A stretch of DNA of 62,759 bases, counting the filler, from Globobulimina sp. (Eukaryota), in the NCBI GenBank assembly GCA_003354225.1. It is 50 parts of 50 records of this genome, joined end to end, with 100 filler letters (N's around TTAATTAATTAA, not from the genome) between each part and the next. Parts side by side here need not be neighbours in the genome. Positions count along the whole stretch, not along the records: positions 11,323 to 12,480 come from PIVH01022084.1; positions 12,581 to 13,738 come from PIVH01022085.1; positions 13,839 to 14,996 come from PIVH01022086.1; positions 15,097 to 16,254 come from PIVH01022087.1; positions 16,355 to 17,512 come from PIVH01022088.1; positions 17,613 to 18,770 come from PIVH01022089.1; positions 18,871 to 20,028 come from PIVH01022090.1; positions 20,129 to 21,286 come from PIVH01022091.1; 42 more parts are not named here. The stretch is one strand, 5' to 3'. The notes beneath the pieces are model-generated. The model searched no databases and was not told the origin of the DNA. It saw only the letters and a program-made list of their open reading frames with translations. This document shows, piece after piece, positions 11,323 through 22,644 of this stretch (position 1 is its first letter; each line of letters opens with the position of its first letter). The position numbers and the translations under genes are program-made.

Positions 11323-12260
11323 CGTGATTGGTTTCCTTGCAATTTTCTCTGCAAAAATTTCTCTTTTATTTAAGAATAATATGAACGATGTATTAATAAA
11401 CCAACGCGAATTACAAATCTCTTGGAATAAATTAAGTGTCTCATGCATGACAATAATGTTATCGTCTTCTAATAAATTCTCATCATAACAACTTAAAGAC
11501 GCTACAAAAATGACTGCCGTCACATTTTCAAAACAATGAATCCATTTTTTACGTTCATTTCGCTGTCCACCAACATCGAAGATATGAAATTTGGTGCCTT
11601 TGATCGTAAAATGTTCCTCAATGATGCCAGTGGTTCGTTTCCGCACTAATAATATGTCTCTATCCGATGGTAAATAGTCGCCCAAACTGATTTTCTTTAC
11701 ATTGTCAAAAAAATATTTACATGAATCGGGTATGGATAATTTACCGCGTAATTCAAAGGTGGCTCCAATGCCGGGGTCATTCCATAATAATGCTATGTGA
11801 TAAGCGACTTCTTCGTTGATTTCGTTGTCGCGACGCAATAACTCAATAAATGAGGCGCTATCTACAACTTCGTCCGATATCTTGTATAGGTTTGATTTAA
11901 TTCATTTGTTTTATTTTATATTTTCATGCTAAATATAACGCAAATTCGCATAACTTCTAAATGAGCATATGTTTCGGGGAAATCTTCAATTAATTCTCGG
12001 CCGCGAGATATCAATTTTTGCATTTGTTCTATGATTTGGTTATTGATTTGGGCTTCGTAGTCGCGGCGGTCTTTCGCTGTGAAGCCTTGTTGATGATGGA
12101 TTATTTTTAATTGTTTAAAAAAGGTCGTCTTTCCCGAGGAACCGGGTCCTAATAACAATAATTTCTTGATCTGTTTGTCGTGACCGCGATCTGAACGGAT
12201 GTCACTGTCAACCAAATGGTTGCGTTCTTCATCTGTATCGCTATGACAACAAGTACCCAT
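11323..12260 (-). CDS. Heterotrimeric G-protein alpha subunit, 3'-truncated, intron 11881-11954
   Basis: MGTCC lipidation N-terminus, KKLLLLGPGSSGKTT, RKRTTG, DVGGQRNERKKWIHCF, LFLNKRE. Confidence 0.97.
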
Positions 12261-12727
12261 TACGTTTTTACACTTTTCAGTCACTAAAGATTTTGATGTT
12301 TTTATACGGCTTATGTACTTTTCTGGAGCCTGAATCTTTATCATATGGTTCTGGTGCCTGTGATACCGTAGAATGGGTTTCAATTGTACATGTAATTTTC
12401 GACAAAATGTTTTGTTCGCTCATCCTCATTTCGTGAAAACCAATATTGGTATTTTACGAATGAGAACATATGCAAAAATTNNNNNNNNNNNNNNNNNNNN
12501 NNNNNNNNNNNNNNNNNNNNNNNNTTAATTAATTAANNNNNNNNNNNNNNNNNNNNNNNNNNNNNNNNNNNNNNNNNNNNTAAAATCCACGTCTTTCCAT
12601 TTATGTACAAAGTGTGGAATATATGCTTGATAATTGTTGATAAGTATTGCCAGTATGACAGTGACTTGCAACATGTTTCAACACGACCGGATAATTAAAG
12701 GTTTTTTGATTTTCTGCTAAGTTAAGC

Positions 12728-13375
12728 ATGGCAGTTAACTTGCAAAATGTTTCTAAAATTAATCAAAAGAGGAAAGACACAGTTTTTGGTTTTATTCGAA
12801 AGAATGTTGATATAAATATCCCCAAAGGAATCATCATGATTTGTGTTTTATTTTATGGCTCGGGATCTGATCGTTGGGATAATAATTGTATTAGCAAAAT
12901 AATGAAATTGAATGAAGATAATCAATATGTAACACAAATAAAATCAGGATATGGTAGTTCTTACTTACAACGTGTTGTGAATTCGGGATATCATAGCTGG
13001 AAATTTAAAATTGAGAAATGTGGAAATAATGTTGGTGGTTATATGATGATCGGTATTTGGAGTGTCCAACAAAATGAAGATCCGCCAACAGATTATTACT
13101 TCACTGATGGACATGAACAAGGATATGGATTTAGTTCATGCGATGCAACATTAAGTGTTCCAAAAGGAGGATATACAACATCTGAAAAACCATATGGCAT
13201 AAAATGTGTTACTGGAACTATTGTTGAAATGATACTAGACTTTGATTCATTATCATTGAGCTTCACAATAAATGATAAACATTATGGTAAATCACATGAT
13301 ATACAACAAGCAAATGCGTATAGAGCAGCTATTTATATGTATCACGAAGGTGATTGTATACGGATATTGCAATAG
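12728..13375 (+). CDS. SPRY/B30.2-like domain protein
   Basis: GYHSWKFKI..MMIGIW..GTIVEMILDFDSLSLSFTINDKHYG..YRAAI; complete ORF. Confidence 0.85.
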   Translation: MAVNLQNVSKINQKRKDTVFGFIRKNVDINIPKGIIMICVLFYGSGSDRWDNNCISKIMKLNEDNQYVTQIKSGYGSSYLQRVVNSGYHSWKFKIEKCGNNVGGYMMIGIWSVQQNEDPPTDYYFTDGHEQGYGFSSCDATLSVPKGGYTTSEKPYGIKCVTGTIVEMILDFDSLSLSFTINDKHYGKSHDIQQANAYRAAIYMYHEGDCIRILQ

Positions 13376-13543
13376 GTTTTACTGTTTCACTGTTTGGAGT
13401 TTGCACCACTGTTTTCTCTTTAAAAATAATAGTATTTCCAGGCTGACAGATTGCTGGGAGAACCCTGCGAGGGATAATAAAAATAGCTTGTTAAACTAAG
13501 TAGAAGTGAAAAACATTGTTTATTCTTCTCTCCTTACTTTCTG

Positions 13544-13738
13544 ATGGCAGACTCGAAAACTGATGTTCATTTCCTGTTGTATGGGCATAAAGGCTGGATT
13601 GGTGGTCACATTGCGAGGCATATCAAAGATTTACAAAGTGATGCCAAGTCCGCATACAATATCAAATTAACATTAAGTGAGATCCGCGTTGATGACCATC
13701 ACGAAGTTGAAAATGAGATAAAATCGGTAGGCCCAACA
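13544..13738 (+). CDS. NDP-4-keto-6-deoxyglucose 3,5-epimerase/4-reductase (NRS/ER-like, rhamnose synthesis), N-terminus
   Basis: FLLYGHKGWIGG and RVDDHHEVENEIKSVGPT resemble the NRS/ER N-terminus. Confidence 0.75.
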
Positions 13739-13902
13739 NNNNNNNNNNNNNNNNNNNNNNNNNNNNNNNNNNNNNNNNNNNNTTAATTAATTAANNNNNN
13801 NNNNNNNNNNNNNNNNNNNNNNNNNNNNNNNNNNNNNNGTTTGATGAGTGATTTAAGCTGTTTTTAAGCTTCCAAATCCAACTCACTTCACTCAGTCTCA
13901 CA

Positions 13903-14996
13903 ATGTCCAAAGAGGGAGTTGTTGAGACATACAATGCAACGGATGGCAGTGATAGTGACAGTGATGGTGATGATAACAAGCATACTGACTCATCACCAGA
14001 TTTACAACAAACTAACAACGTAATCCAATCCAACATTTGCAATGTTACCGATGACGGCAAAGACAGCGATACTGATAACACAGAACAAGAGGCAGCCAAT
14101 GAATCAGTAACAACTTCCGGAGGCACTACTCATCAAACAAACCCACAGCATGACAACAATTCAGATGACGTTAAAGACAATGACCAAAACAATGACCGTC
14201 CGCATGATGATATTATATACATTATCTGTTGCATTATAGTGATATTCATCGCAATTTACATTGGTAAACCTATTCAACCCCCACCACCTCCACCAATCCC
14301 AATTTGTTCCAAAATACCTGAAGCTTCCTTTAAACCTAAACTCCAATGTCCCAAATGTGATGCATACGATAGTAATGGCAAATGTATCATTTATGTCCCG
14401 TATTCAGCCCAGACATTTAGCATAAATGCCCAAAGTATGTATATATAGTCACGTTGTTATGTGCTCACTTATGTTCTATGATGTTGCATAACAAATGTCC
14501 ACGTACACAGAAGCTGCTGCATTGAACGATTATCCCTGCACTCATTTCGCGTGGGATGTCGACGTAAACAGCGACCATATATTCGCGGATGGCGAAAACA
14601 CGCCAACTTTACAAATGATGTTCTTATCTCCAGGCCGGGAAGACATTGAATTGACTGTTTCCATCAACAGAACAGATCATAAAACTGGGCATATTATATA
14701 TTATACGGAGAGAACTTGTGCTATACAGTTGGTCATTTATCAAGCTCCCTTTTTTGGAATCGACCTTGGAACAACTTATTCAGTTAACCCATATATTTAT
14801 TTGCTGCGGTAATTCTGTACACATTTACGTTTTGTGTGTTGAACTGCAGTGTATCGCGTATCAAAAACCGTATATTAACCCAACAACAAATAAACGAGAG
14901 ACAAATATTGTTGTTATGGATGAAACGAAAATGGAACATTGCATCCCTTCCAGTGTTTATTTTGGAGCGAATCACAGTATTTATATTGGCAATTGT
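13903..14996 (+). CDS. Membrane-anchored protein with an Hsp70 nucleotide-binding domain (exons 13903-14434, 14511-14782, 14850-)
   Basis: Two GT-AG introns splice in frame to give acidic N-terminus, TM helix, poly-Pro, beta-rich domain, then GIDLGTTYS|CIAY...CIPSSVYF. Confidence 0.8.
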
Positions 14997-15098
14997 NNNN
15001 NNNNNNNNNNNNNNNNNNNNNNNNNNNNNNNNNNNNNNNNTTAATTAATTAANNNNNNNNNNNNNNNNNNNNNNNNNNNNNNNNNNNNNNNNNNNNAA

Positions 15099-15171
15099 AG
15101 CCAACAGCGAGATTCGAACTCGCGACCCTCTGCTTACGAAGCAGATGCAATAACCACTATGCTATGTTGGC
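15099..15171 (-). tRNA. tRNA-Thr(CGT)
   Basis: Full cloverleaf: acceptor GCCAACA/TGTTGGC, anticodon arm TCTGC-TTCGTAA-GCAGA, T loop GTTCGAATC. Confidence 0.95.
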
Positions 15172-15776
15172 TTTGCACTGTTTACTTTATTTTACTGACT
15201 ATTTTGTTGGCACGAATGTCATATATAAACATATGCTTTATTGCCGCCATGCAATTATGGGAACAAACAAGTCATTTATTTGCAAGCATCGATATTTGTT
15301 CGAGTAAACACAACAAAGCCATATGATGTCACTGATGCAGATATCCGTGCACACTCCAATTTGACGTCATAATGAAAAAATTGATATCATATTATAGTAG
15401 CCAGTATTATCTTGGTATCGCGGCAAATTTTGGATTGCAAATTGTGATCACCTCACAGACTGTGGATAATTCGAATTATTTGTTTGCTGGATATGGTTTT
15501 TTCCATATTTTGTGGTAAAAGTGTTTTTTTGACAGCTGTTTTTTGTTTACAAATTGTAAACAACCCCCTATCCGGACAGTATACACCAATAATTATAGAA
15601 TATAAAAGTAGAAGCTTTTACTTTTCTATCTTCGTTATCGATAATACATCAAAAAAAAAATTTAAAAGCAATTAACAGATTTGCAATCAATAAAAAACAA
15701 CCCACAAAGAAAACCAAAAAGTTGCCGTCTCAAACAATAAACGCACTCATAATTATTAAATTGAATTGAATTGAAT

Positions 15777-16254
15777 TCAATCTTGCCGATAGTCCTTGCT
15801 CTCCAAAAAGAGGCCAATACTGCTCCGCATCAAAGCGAACATTTCCTCCATGCACTCATTGAACAGATGGTACAGCTCATTGACGGAAGCGCGCGTTTCC
15901 TGCAGCCACACGTCCAAATCATGCAACTTGAGTTGCATCAATTTCTTGCGAGTGCGGTGCGGAATATTTATCTCAAACTCGGCGCCGATATGACAATATT
16001 TCAGATACAATTTGTGCGCGATCACTCGGATCTTCTTCCTCGCCTCGGCCATATCCATTGGCAGATCGCCAAAGCCGACGCCAACACCGCAGCCAATGCC
16101 CACCGACATGCTCTTGCTTTTGCTCTTGCTCTTTTTGCTCTTGCTCTTGCTGCCAGACTTTGGACTGGGCGTCGCCTCCTTATTATTATTATTATTATTT
16201 AGAACATTCGTCTTTTGCAGGTCGTGCAGTTCCTTCTCGTCCATCGTCACCGAC
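15777..16254 (-). CDS. RGS-domain protein, C-terminal fragment
   Basis: AHKLYLKYCHIGAEFEINIPHRTR..LFNECMEEMFALMRSSIGLFLES matches RGS helices 6-9. Confidence 0.85.
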
Positions 16255-16458
16255 NNNNNNNNNNNNNNNNNNNNNNNNNNNNNNNNNNNNNNNNNNNNTT
16301 AATTAATTAANNNNNNNNNNNNNNNNNNNNNNNNNNNNNNNNNNNNNNNNNNNNGACTGTGACGTCGATGTCACATGACTTATGAATCATATTTTTATGT
16401 CTATATACACAGCACTTTTTAATATTCGATCCAGTCGAACGTTCGCTATTGTGAAAAA

Positions 16459-16995
16459 ATGTCCAACGTTAACACTGCTATTAGAAAATTGGAAGGTTTC
16501 TTGCCCGGTGGAAAGAGAAAACAAAAGGAATCCTCCTCGTCGGATGAACCACAGAACGGAGAATATGTAGAAAAAGAAGAACAATGGAAACCAGACTTCA
16601 CCCTGGGAGAAGTGACATTTATTGGCAACAGAGGAATCGGTATGAGGTATGTAATGAACATTTTTTTGTTTTGTTTTGATAGCAAGTCTGGATTTTTTAG
16701 ATGGTATGTCAAAGACGAAATAACCGCTTTGACTTTGGCATATTTCAGTATCAACAGAAACAATCGAATGGCCAAGGAAAATGACGGTCCTTCGGTAATT
16801 TTAGGGGAAGAGAAATACAGAAATTTCTCCTATTATTTTTATTTTCTAGGTATCTCTCAATTGTAGAGAACTAAAGGAGCTTTTGGAAGAGGTCGAAGGA
16901 AAGATAGAAGAATTGGAACATGTAAAGAAAAATGATAAAAAACGTCAGAATGGCAAATAGAAATAACTTTTATCTAGGGAATACTGTTAAGCTGA
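16459..16995 (+). CDS. Small 4-exon hypothetical protein, possibly PC4-like
   Basis: GT-AG introns at 16647-16700, 16795-16849 and ~16922-16977 give an open spliced product ending ..GPS|VSLNCRELKELLEEVEGKIEELEH|GILLS. Confidence 0.55.
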
Positions 16996-17283
16996 TAAAT
17001 ACAATATTGTCATAAATATTTTATCATTGAAATTTGCACTCGCCAACAGCAACAATCTGGCATAGCCATTAACATATCGCGTCCCTCCTCTTTATACCAT
17101 TTGACCCAAATATCGATCGCTTCCTCGAGCTTTTGGCATCCATCCAAATTGTCTGGCTCCAACCGAGGGGTTGTCACATGATGATGAAATCGGCATACCC
17201 GAATGAGTTGTAGCTTGTAAACTAGACGACATGTGGCATCTTGTCTAACCAAAGGTGGAGTATCGCCTGTAGTCGACATCATT

Positions 17284-17512
17284 ATGGATAAAACTGGTAT
17301 ACGTAGAGGCCTGAGCCCCGATGGAGCCGAACGTTTGCTATTATTCTATGGGGCCAAATGTAGTTTGGGGAATTTTTATTATGCTCCATTCTATATAGAC
17401 GATATCGGCTTTCAAAATACCGAACAATATTTTCATTATAGGAAGGCAGGTAAAATGTCCCAACATAGACATATATATGTACATATCGTATATTTTAAGA
17501 ATTTTTTAATGA
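17284..17512 (+). CDS. NADAR (YbiA-like) domain protein, N-terminal fragment
   Basis: LFYGAKCSLGNFYYAPFYIDDIGFQNTEQYFHYRKA followed by a GT-AG intron. Confidence 0.8.
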
Positions 17513-17612
17513 NNNNNNNNNNNNNNNNNNNNNNNNNNNNNNNNNNNNNNNNNNNNTTAATTAATTAANNNNNNNNNNNNNNNNNNNNNNNNNNNNNNNN
17601 NNNNNNNNNNNN

Positions 17613-18770
17613 TGACAATACTCGCCCGACGCCTGCATTTTGTCCGTGATTACCTCCTCGCAATGTTTGCAGTTATATTTGAGACTCTGCAGAATGATGG
17701 AATGGTGCCGCGATTTCAGGCCAAGCCGCAGTTCGTGCGACAATTTCTCCTTCTTTTTGCGCACATTTTTGCGAACCAAGTTGCTGACTAAGGTCATACG
17801 GCGCTGTCTGTCTTTGACGTCTTGCGTCGATTTCACAATGCCTCGAGACTTCAGATCCTTTTTCTTACCGCGTTTCTCCAGTTTGGCCTTTAATTTCGCT
17901 TTCTTTTCCAGCAGTTTCTGCTTCTTCTTCTCCGCCGCCAGCCGCTTTTTGATCGCTTGCCGGGCCTTACCCCACGAACACAAAAAGTTGATCCAAATCG
18001 CAAAGAAGTCCTCGACTGTCACATTCTTCTTCTCCCCGTAAGCTATGGCCATATCGATGATGTTTTTGATGGAGCCGCTGAATGACAGCAATAATTCGCC
18101 AGAGATTTCAGTCGCGTCCTTGACAAAATCGTCCATTACCTCCACAAATTGGTCTTTTACCTCTTTTTCTTTGCGTTCATCGCAGTCAGGCTTCGCGGAC
18201 TTGGACTTATATTTTTCCTTCAACGCCACCATATTTTTCACCATTTCAGTCACTTCGTCGCGGATTTTCTTGATCTCATCCTCCAATGCTTCAATGTCTT
18301 GCTTGGCGGCTTCGGGCAGCATCGTAAAGTCGTCGTGCAAGCTCTCGGATTCTGGGTATTTGTCGGCGATTAACTCATAAATATACATTAATAAACTGTA
18401 CGACCCGTCGCCTCCTTTGGTGCCGTCCAATTTGCTCAATACCTCCAGCTTTATGCCGTTCGCTTCGCCGTTTTTGTTGGACGCATTCAAGTAATTGCCG
18501 ACGGCCAACACCACCTTCAATATTTGCTTCAATTTGATCGACTCCGAGATCTGCGAATGTGCATCGATTAATATGTTCACTTTCTTTTGCTGATCGTCCA
18601 CCATTTCGTCGAAACCCATTTTGAATCCCCATAACATCAAACGGTTCTGCACCGAGGGGATATCGTGCAATGTGTACCAAAAAGACTCGGCAGACGCGAA
18701 CCGTTCGGCACCCTCCGCAGTCCATTTATTTTTCACCATTTCCCCAAACAGTTTGCCCACTTCCTCCGCG
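17613..18770 (-). CDS. Formin (FH2 domain), fragment
   Basis: LKQILKVVLAVGNYLN..ANGIKLEVLSKLDGTKG..SLLMYI..YGE..EDFFAIWINFL. Confidence 0.95.
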
Positions 18771-19511
18771 NNNNNNNNNNNNNNNNNNNNNNNNNNNNNN
18801 NNNNNNNNNNNNNNTTAATTAATTAANNNNNNNNNNNNNNNNNNNNNNNNNNNNNNNNNNNNNNNNNNNNTTTAATTTGTTTTTTAATTTGTTGTAATAA
18901 TTTTTTGTTGTTGTACAATTATATATTTTCTCGTTTTAAAATAATTAAAACAAAATAATATAAACTAAAAGTAACTGTTTGCATTACATTTAATTATCGA
19001 ATTTATTCAACAATTTGTTTTGACTGCTTTTTAATAGCATGTCACATTTAAGCTGTTTTTTTTTCATCTAATTTCTAAACTCTTTGCATGCGCGCGATAC
19101 AATGTTCAAATTAAAATCATCAAGAGATATCTATGCAGACTTTCATTGCAATGCAACATACAATACAGACAATAGTGTACACAACGTATACAAAAATATA
19201 ATTCCAGCAACAAATCCATTGAGCGAAGCACAAATGACACAATTAACCAACAATTTGTTGATAAATACGTATCCTAAATCAAAGGTTTGTTAATGTTTTT
19301 ATTTATGTATTACACATAAACATAATTTTTTGTTTAGAATGAAATAACTCGTAAGCGTGATATAGTTGGTGTTGTTGAAACAAATGGAGGAGATATTATC
19401 AATATTGATAAAAGCATAACGTATACGACCATTAATAAATATTACATCACACCGCCAGCTCATTCGTCAAATAATAATGCAAACAATGAATGTAATGAAC
19501 ATAAACAAGGC

Positions 19512-19913
19512 ATGGAACCACCGAGAAAAAAACAAAAATTATCAGCGAATGTGTCATCAAAAATCCATCATAATGGAAGCGTTAATAACAATGCAAAACA
19601 TAACGAAATTATACTGAAAAAAATGAAGTATACATTGGAAGAAAAAAGGGAATTAAAAGATGATTTGACTGGGAATAAAATTATGGTAACAGCTGAACGT
19701 GACAATGAACCAAACAAAACAAAGAAAAAAGCAACCAAAAAAAGTAAAAAAGCACGTTATTATTGTTCTGCGTTGGCGACTAAATGTAATAAAAGAGAAT
19801 GGATATGTTTGTGTGGAAAAGTATACAAAGAAAGAAAAGCAGTGTCAAAACTTAATCGATGTGTAAAATATCATTTACGTACGTTTTGTGGTCTTGTTAA
19901 ATATGCCTCATAA
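19512..19913 (+). CDS. Hypothetical basic nuclear protein with a possible BED/C2HC-like zinc finger (internal exon)
   Basis: PPRKKQK NLS-like motif; WICLCGKVY..KYHLRTFC. Confidence 0.4.
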   Translation: MEPPRKKQKLSANVSSKIHHNGSVNNNAKHNEIILKKMKYTLEEKRELKDDLTGNKIMVTAERDNEPNKTKKKATKKSKKARYYCSALATKCNKREWICLCGKVYKERKAVSKLNRCVKYHLRTFCGLVKYAS

Positions 19914-19950
19914 TTATTAAAATATTTCATTTTTTAAGATCGACTGTTTT

Positions 19951-20028
19951 CGCAAAATCCATGGCAAAATCCATGGCAAAATCCATGGCAAAATCCATGG
20001 CAAAATCCATGGCAATATCCATGGCAAT
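19951..20028. repeat. 12-bp minisatellite (AAAATCCATGGC), about 6 copies
   Basis: Tandem copies at the contig end; may encode QNPW repeats. Confidence 0.95.
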
Positions 20029-20128
20029 NNNNNNNNNNNNNNNNNNNNNNNNNNNNNNNNNNNNNNNNNNNNTTAATTAATTAANNNNNNNNNNNNNNNN
20101 NNNNNNNNNNNNNNNNNNNNNNNNNNNN

Positions 20129-20396
20129 AGCCAAATAACAGAGATGCGATTGGTAATACATATTTTGCCGGAATAAATTGTAACATTATACCGGATGGTA
20201 TTTGCGCCGCAAAATAAAATAAGTGAATAAATGATCCTAATGTGCCAACTCCTTTTGCAGTTGTCTTCAAATCATTTTCTAAAACATCAATAATTGGTGC
20301 TATGCTAACGCGAAAGAAAAAACCATTGAAGAAGGCCACAAAAGTTATAAAGAATATCGTTAATTTATAACAACTCGGCAAACCACAAAATGCCAT
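20129..20396 (-). CDS. MFS transporter, N-terminal fragment
   Basis: FFRVSIAPIIDVL..GVGTLGS..YFAAQIPSGIMLQFIPAKYV (TM1-TM3 with motif A). Confidence 0.85.
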
Positions 20397-20647
20397 GCCA
20401 AATAAGTCGGAGTACTTCCAGTGTCAAAGTAGTAATGTTTTCTAGAAACGATATACAGTGAAAGCACTTTTTAATGTTTTTTGCGGCTGGACGTCACTGA
20501 ATTTACCTCTGCTTAACTGCAAATATCGGGTCATACAATCTCTTTAAAAGTGTCCACGTTCCCTCATTATATGTTCCATTCATACTCTCAACCACTTTCC
20601 AAATTTGATTCATTAGCCTCGGCCATTTAAAATTTTGCCATTCAAAG

Positions 20648-21271
20648 TTATAATCCGGCCATCGGAAAAAATTCAATTTGGTCTTTTTTAGCATCATTAC
20701 CGACATTCTTTCTTGACAAAGCTCTATTACTCACATTCTTACACCCTAGAAAATTTGTAATTTTATACCATTGTTCGCTATATGGCTTTTTACGTGCTTC
20801 CGTCGCTAAATTAACAACCAACAAATCATTCAATCTCCGTCTTTGTGTAAAGTATTCAATAACATTCCTATTATGCAACTCATACTGCCTTGCATTGATC
20901 ATCCAAAATTGTTCCCAGCTAATCCTCACACTCAATAAACGAGGATTTATCAGTGTAAAGTTTGTATAATCATATTGTGTTACCGTTTTTTGATTTAATT
21001 TTCTTTTTCTAATATTCATATACTTCCTAACAAACATCTTCATATTAGAATTTATGACATCTCTGGTCGAGTCACGCACAGTCAATATAAATTTACTATG
21101 TTGTGCAGGTATCAATTGATCATAAATTGGGTATAAAAATGACCACGGCGCATCTGAAAATGCAGTCGCTTTGGAAACACTAGTTATAAAATCCGAATGC
21201 AATGCTTTTGAATGAAACACCCATGAAATATCATCAGTCGCTACATAACGGGGTAAGTACTCGTCTTCGTA
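20648..21271 (-). CDS. Sulfotransferase-family (P-loop-like) protein, last exon
   Basis: SDAPW..SKFILTVRD..YELHNRNVIEYF..LLVVNL..WYKITNFLG. Confidence 0.8.
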   Translation of the reverse strand, partial: YEDEYLPRYVATDDISWVFHSKALHSDFITSVSKATAFSDAPWSFLYPIYDQLIPAQHSKFILTVRDSTRDVINSNMKMFVRKYMNIRKRKLNQKTVTQYDYTNFTLINPRLLSVRISWEQFWMINARQYELHNRNVIEYFTQRRRLNDLLVVNLATEARKKPYSEQWYKITNFLGCKNVSNRALSRKNVGNDAKKDQIEFFPMAGL

Positions 21272-21564
21272 CTAATAATGCAATGGNNNNNNNNNNNNNN
21301 NNNNNNNNNNNNNNNNNNNNNNNNNNNNNNTTAATTAATTAANNNNNNNNNNNNNNNNNNNNNNNNNNNNNNNNNNNNNNNNNNNNACCACCACATTAAA
21401 CATCAACATCTCAATGACACCATGCTGGCACTTACTTGCGTATTTCCGGTAGTGTCAGTTTCAACACCATCGAATGTATTGAATGAATTATTGAATGGAT
21501 TATTGTATGGATTATTGAATGGACCATATGCGCATTGAATAACGTCTCATTGCAAACATTATAT

Positions 21565-21628
21565 GTCCACATAGCTCAAATAGAGCACTGTTTTAAACAT
21601 GATACAGGTTTAAATCCTGTTGTGGACA
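21565..21628 (+). ncRNA. tRNA-like element with a collapsed anticodon loop
   Basis: Acceptor GTCCACA/TGTGGAC, D arm GCTC-AAATA-GAGC, T arm ACAGG-TTTAAAT-CCTGT; only 64 nt long. Confidence 0.6.
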
Positions 21629-22147
21629 CTTTTGTGCTGCGGCACCATAGGTTTGTACATCTATTATGCACAACAAATAACAAACAAAATATTTATTACA
21701 TAAATTATATCATTTATCCTCGCACACAATTTTCTGTGCAAGGATACAATGTAATGTTTGATAATTTTAATTTGTGTTTGATTGTAATCAAATGAATGTA
21801 TTTGATTTTTTGTTTAATTTTTTGTTTGATTTTTTGTTTTTGTTTTTGTTTTTGTTTGATTTTTTTGTTTGATTAATAATCAAATAATTAAATGTGTTTA
21901 TAATCAAATCTGTTTGTTTTTGTATTTTTTGTTGTAATTTTTATTATTTTGCTTTCTTTTTGTTGTTCCATATTATTGTTATAGTGTTGTCACAGCACTG
22001 CTGTGTTATTGCAAGGTGTCGTTTCTACATAGCTGTTAGTTTTGCTTTTGTCAAAAATGAACTAGGAAATGCGTGCAAATAAAAAGATGTTCGCACTGAC
22101 ACTAGAGTAACTAACAAATGATGGTTATTCCAAAGCAATGGCTATTT

Positions 22148-22216
22148 GTTTGATGTAGCTTAAATAAAAGCGCCTCTTTTACAGAGGAGATCTGAGTTCA
22201 ACACTCAGCATCAAAC
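22148..22216 (+). ncRNA. tRNA-like element (Val-TAC-like) with a 5-nt anticodon loop
   Basis: Acceptor GTTTGATG/CATCAAAC, D arm GCTT-AAATAA-AAGC, CCTCT-TTTAC-AGAGG, T arm CTGAG-TTCAACA-CTCAG. Confidence 0.65.
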
Positions 22217-22402
22217 GCACATTTATTTGTTGATACTGCAATTTTGAGTGATTTGCACATTTTGTTATCGCTTCACATGTGCCTTGGCAATGTTGTGATG
22301 AATGTTAATTGAATTGCACCTCATGTGCTTTAAATCTCAAATTCAAAGTTGGGATGAGGACAATTTTTTGTATCTTCTCAAGTGCACACATTATTATTCT
22401 GT

Positions 22403-22438
22403 GTCTATCTATCTATCTATCTATCTATTTATCTATTT
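22403..22438. repeat. (TCTA)n microsatellite
   Basis: Direct reading. Confidence 0.9.
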
Positions 22439-22644
22439 AATTAATTACTTAATTATTTAATTATACAATAATAAGGAAGTGTATCGGTGTGAGCGAGCTG
22501 CCAGGAATCACCACCACGGAATTGGCCCAATCATAGCTGCAGGTNNNNNNNNNNNNNNNNNNNNNNNNNNNNNNNNNNNNNNNNNNNNTTAATTAATTAA
22601 NNNNNNNNNNNNNNNNNNNNNNNNNNNNNNNNNNNNNNNNNNNN

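Noticed and set aside
17640-18818. Plus-strand ORFs opposite the formin, and similar ones at 15771-16306 and 59248-59982
   Set aside because: Antisense shadows of well-supported genes on the other strand.
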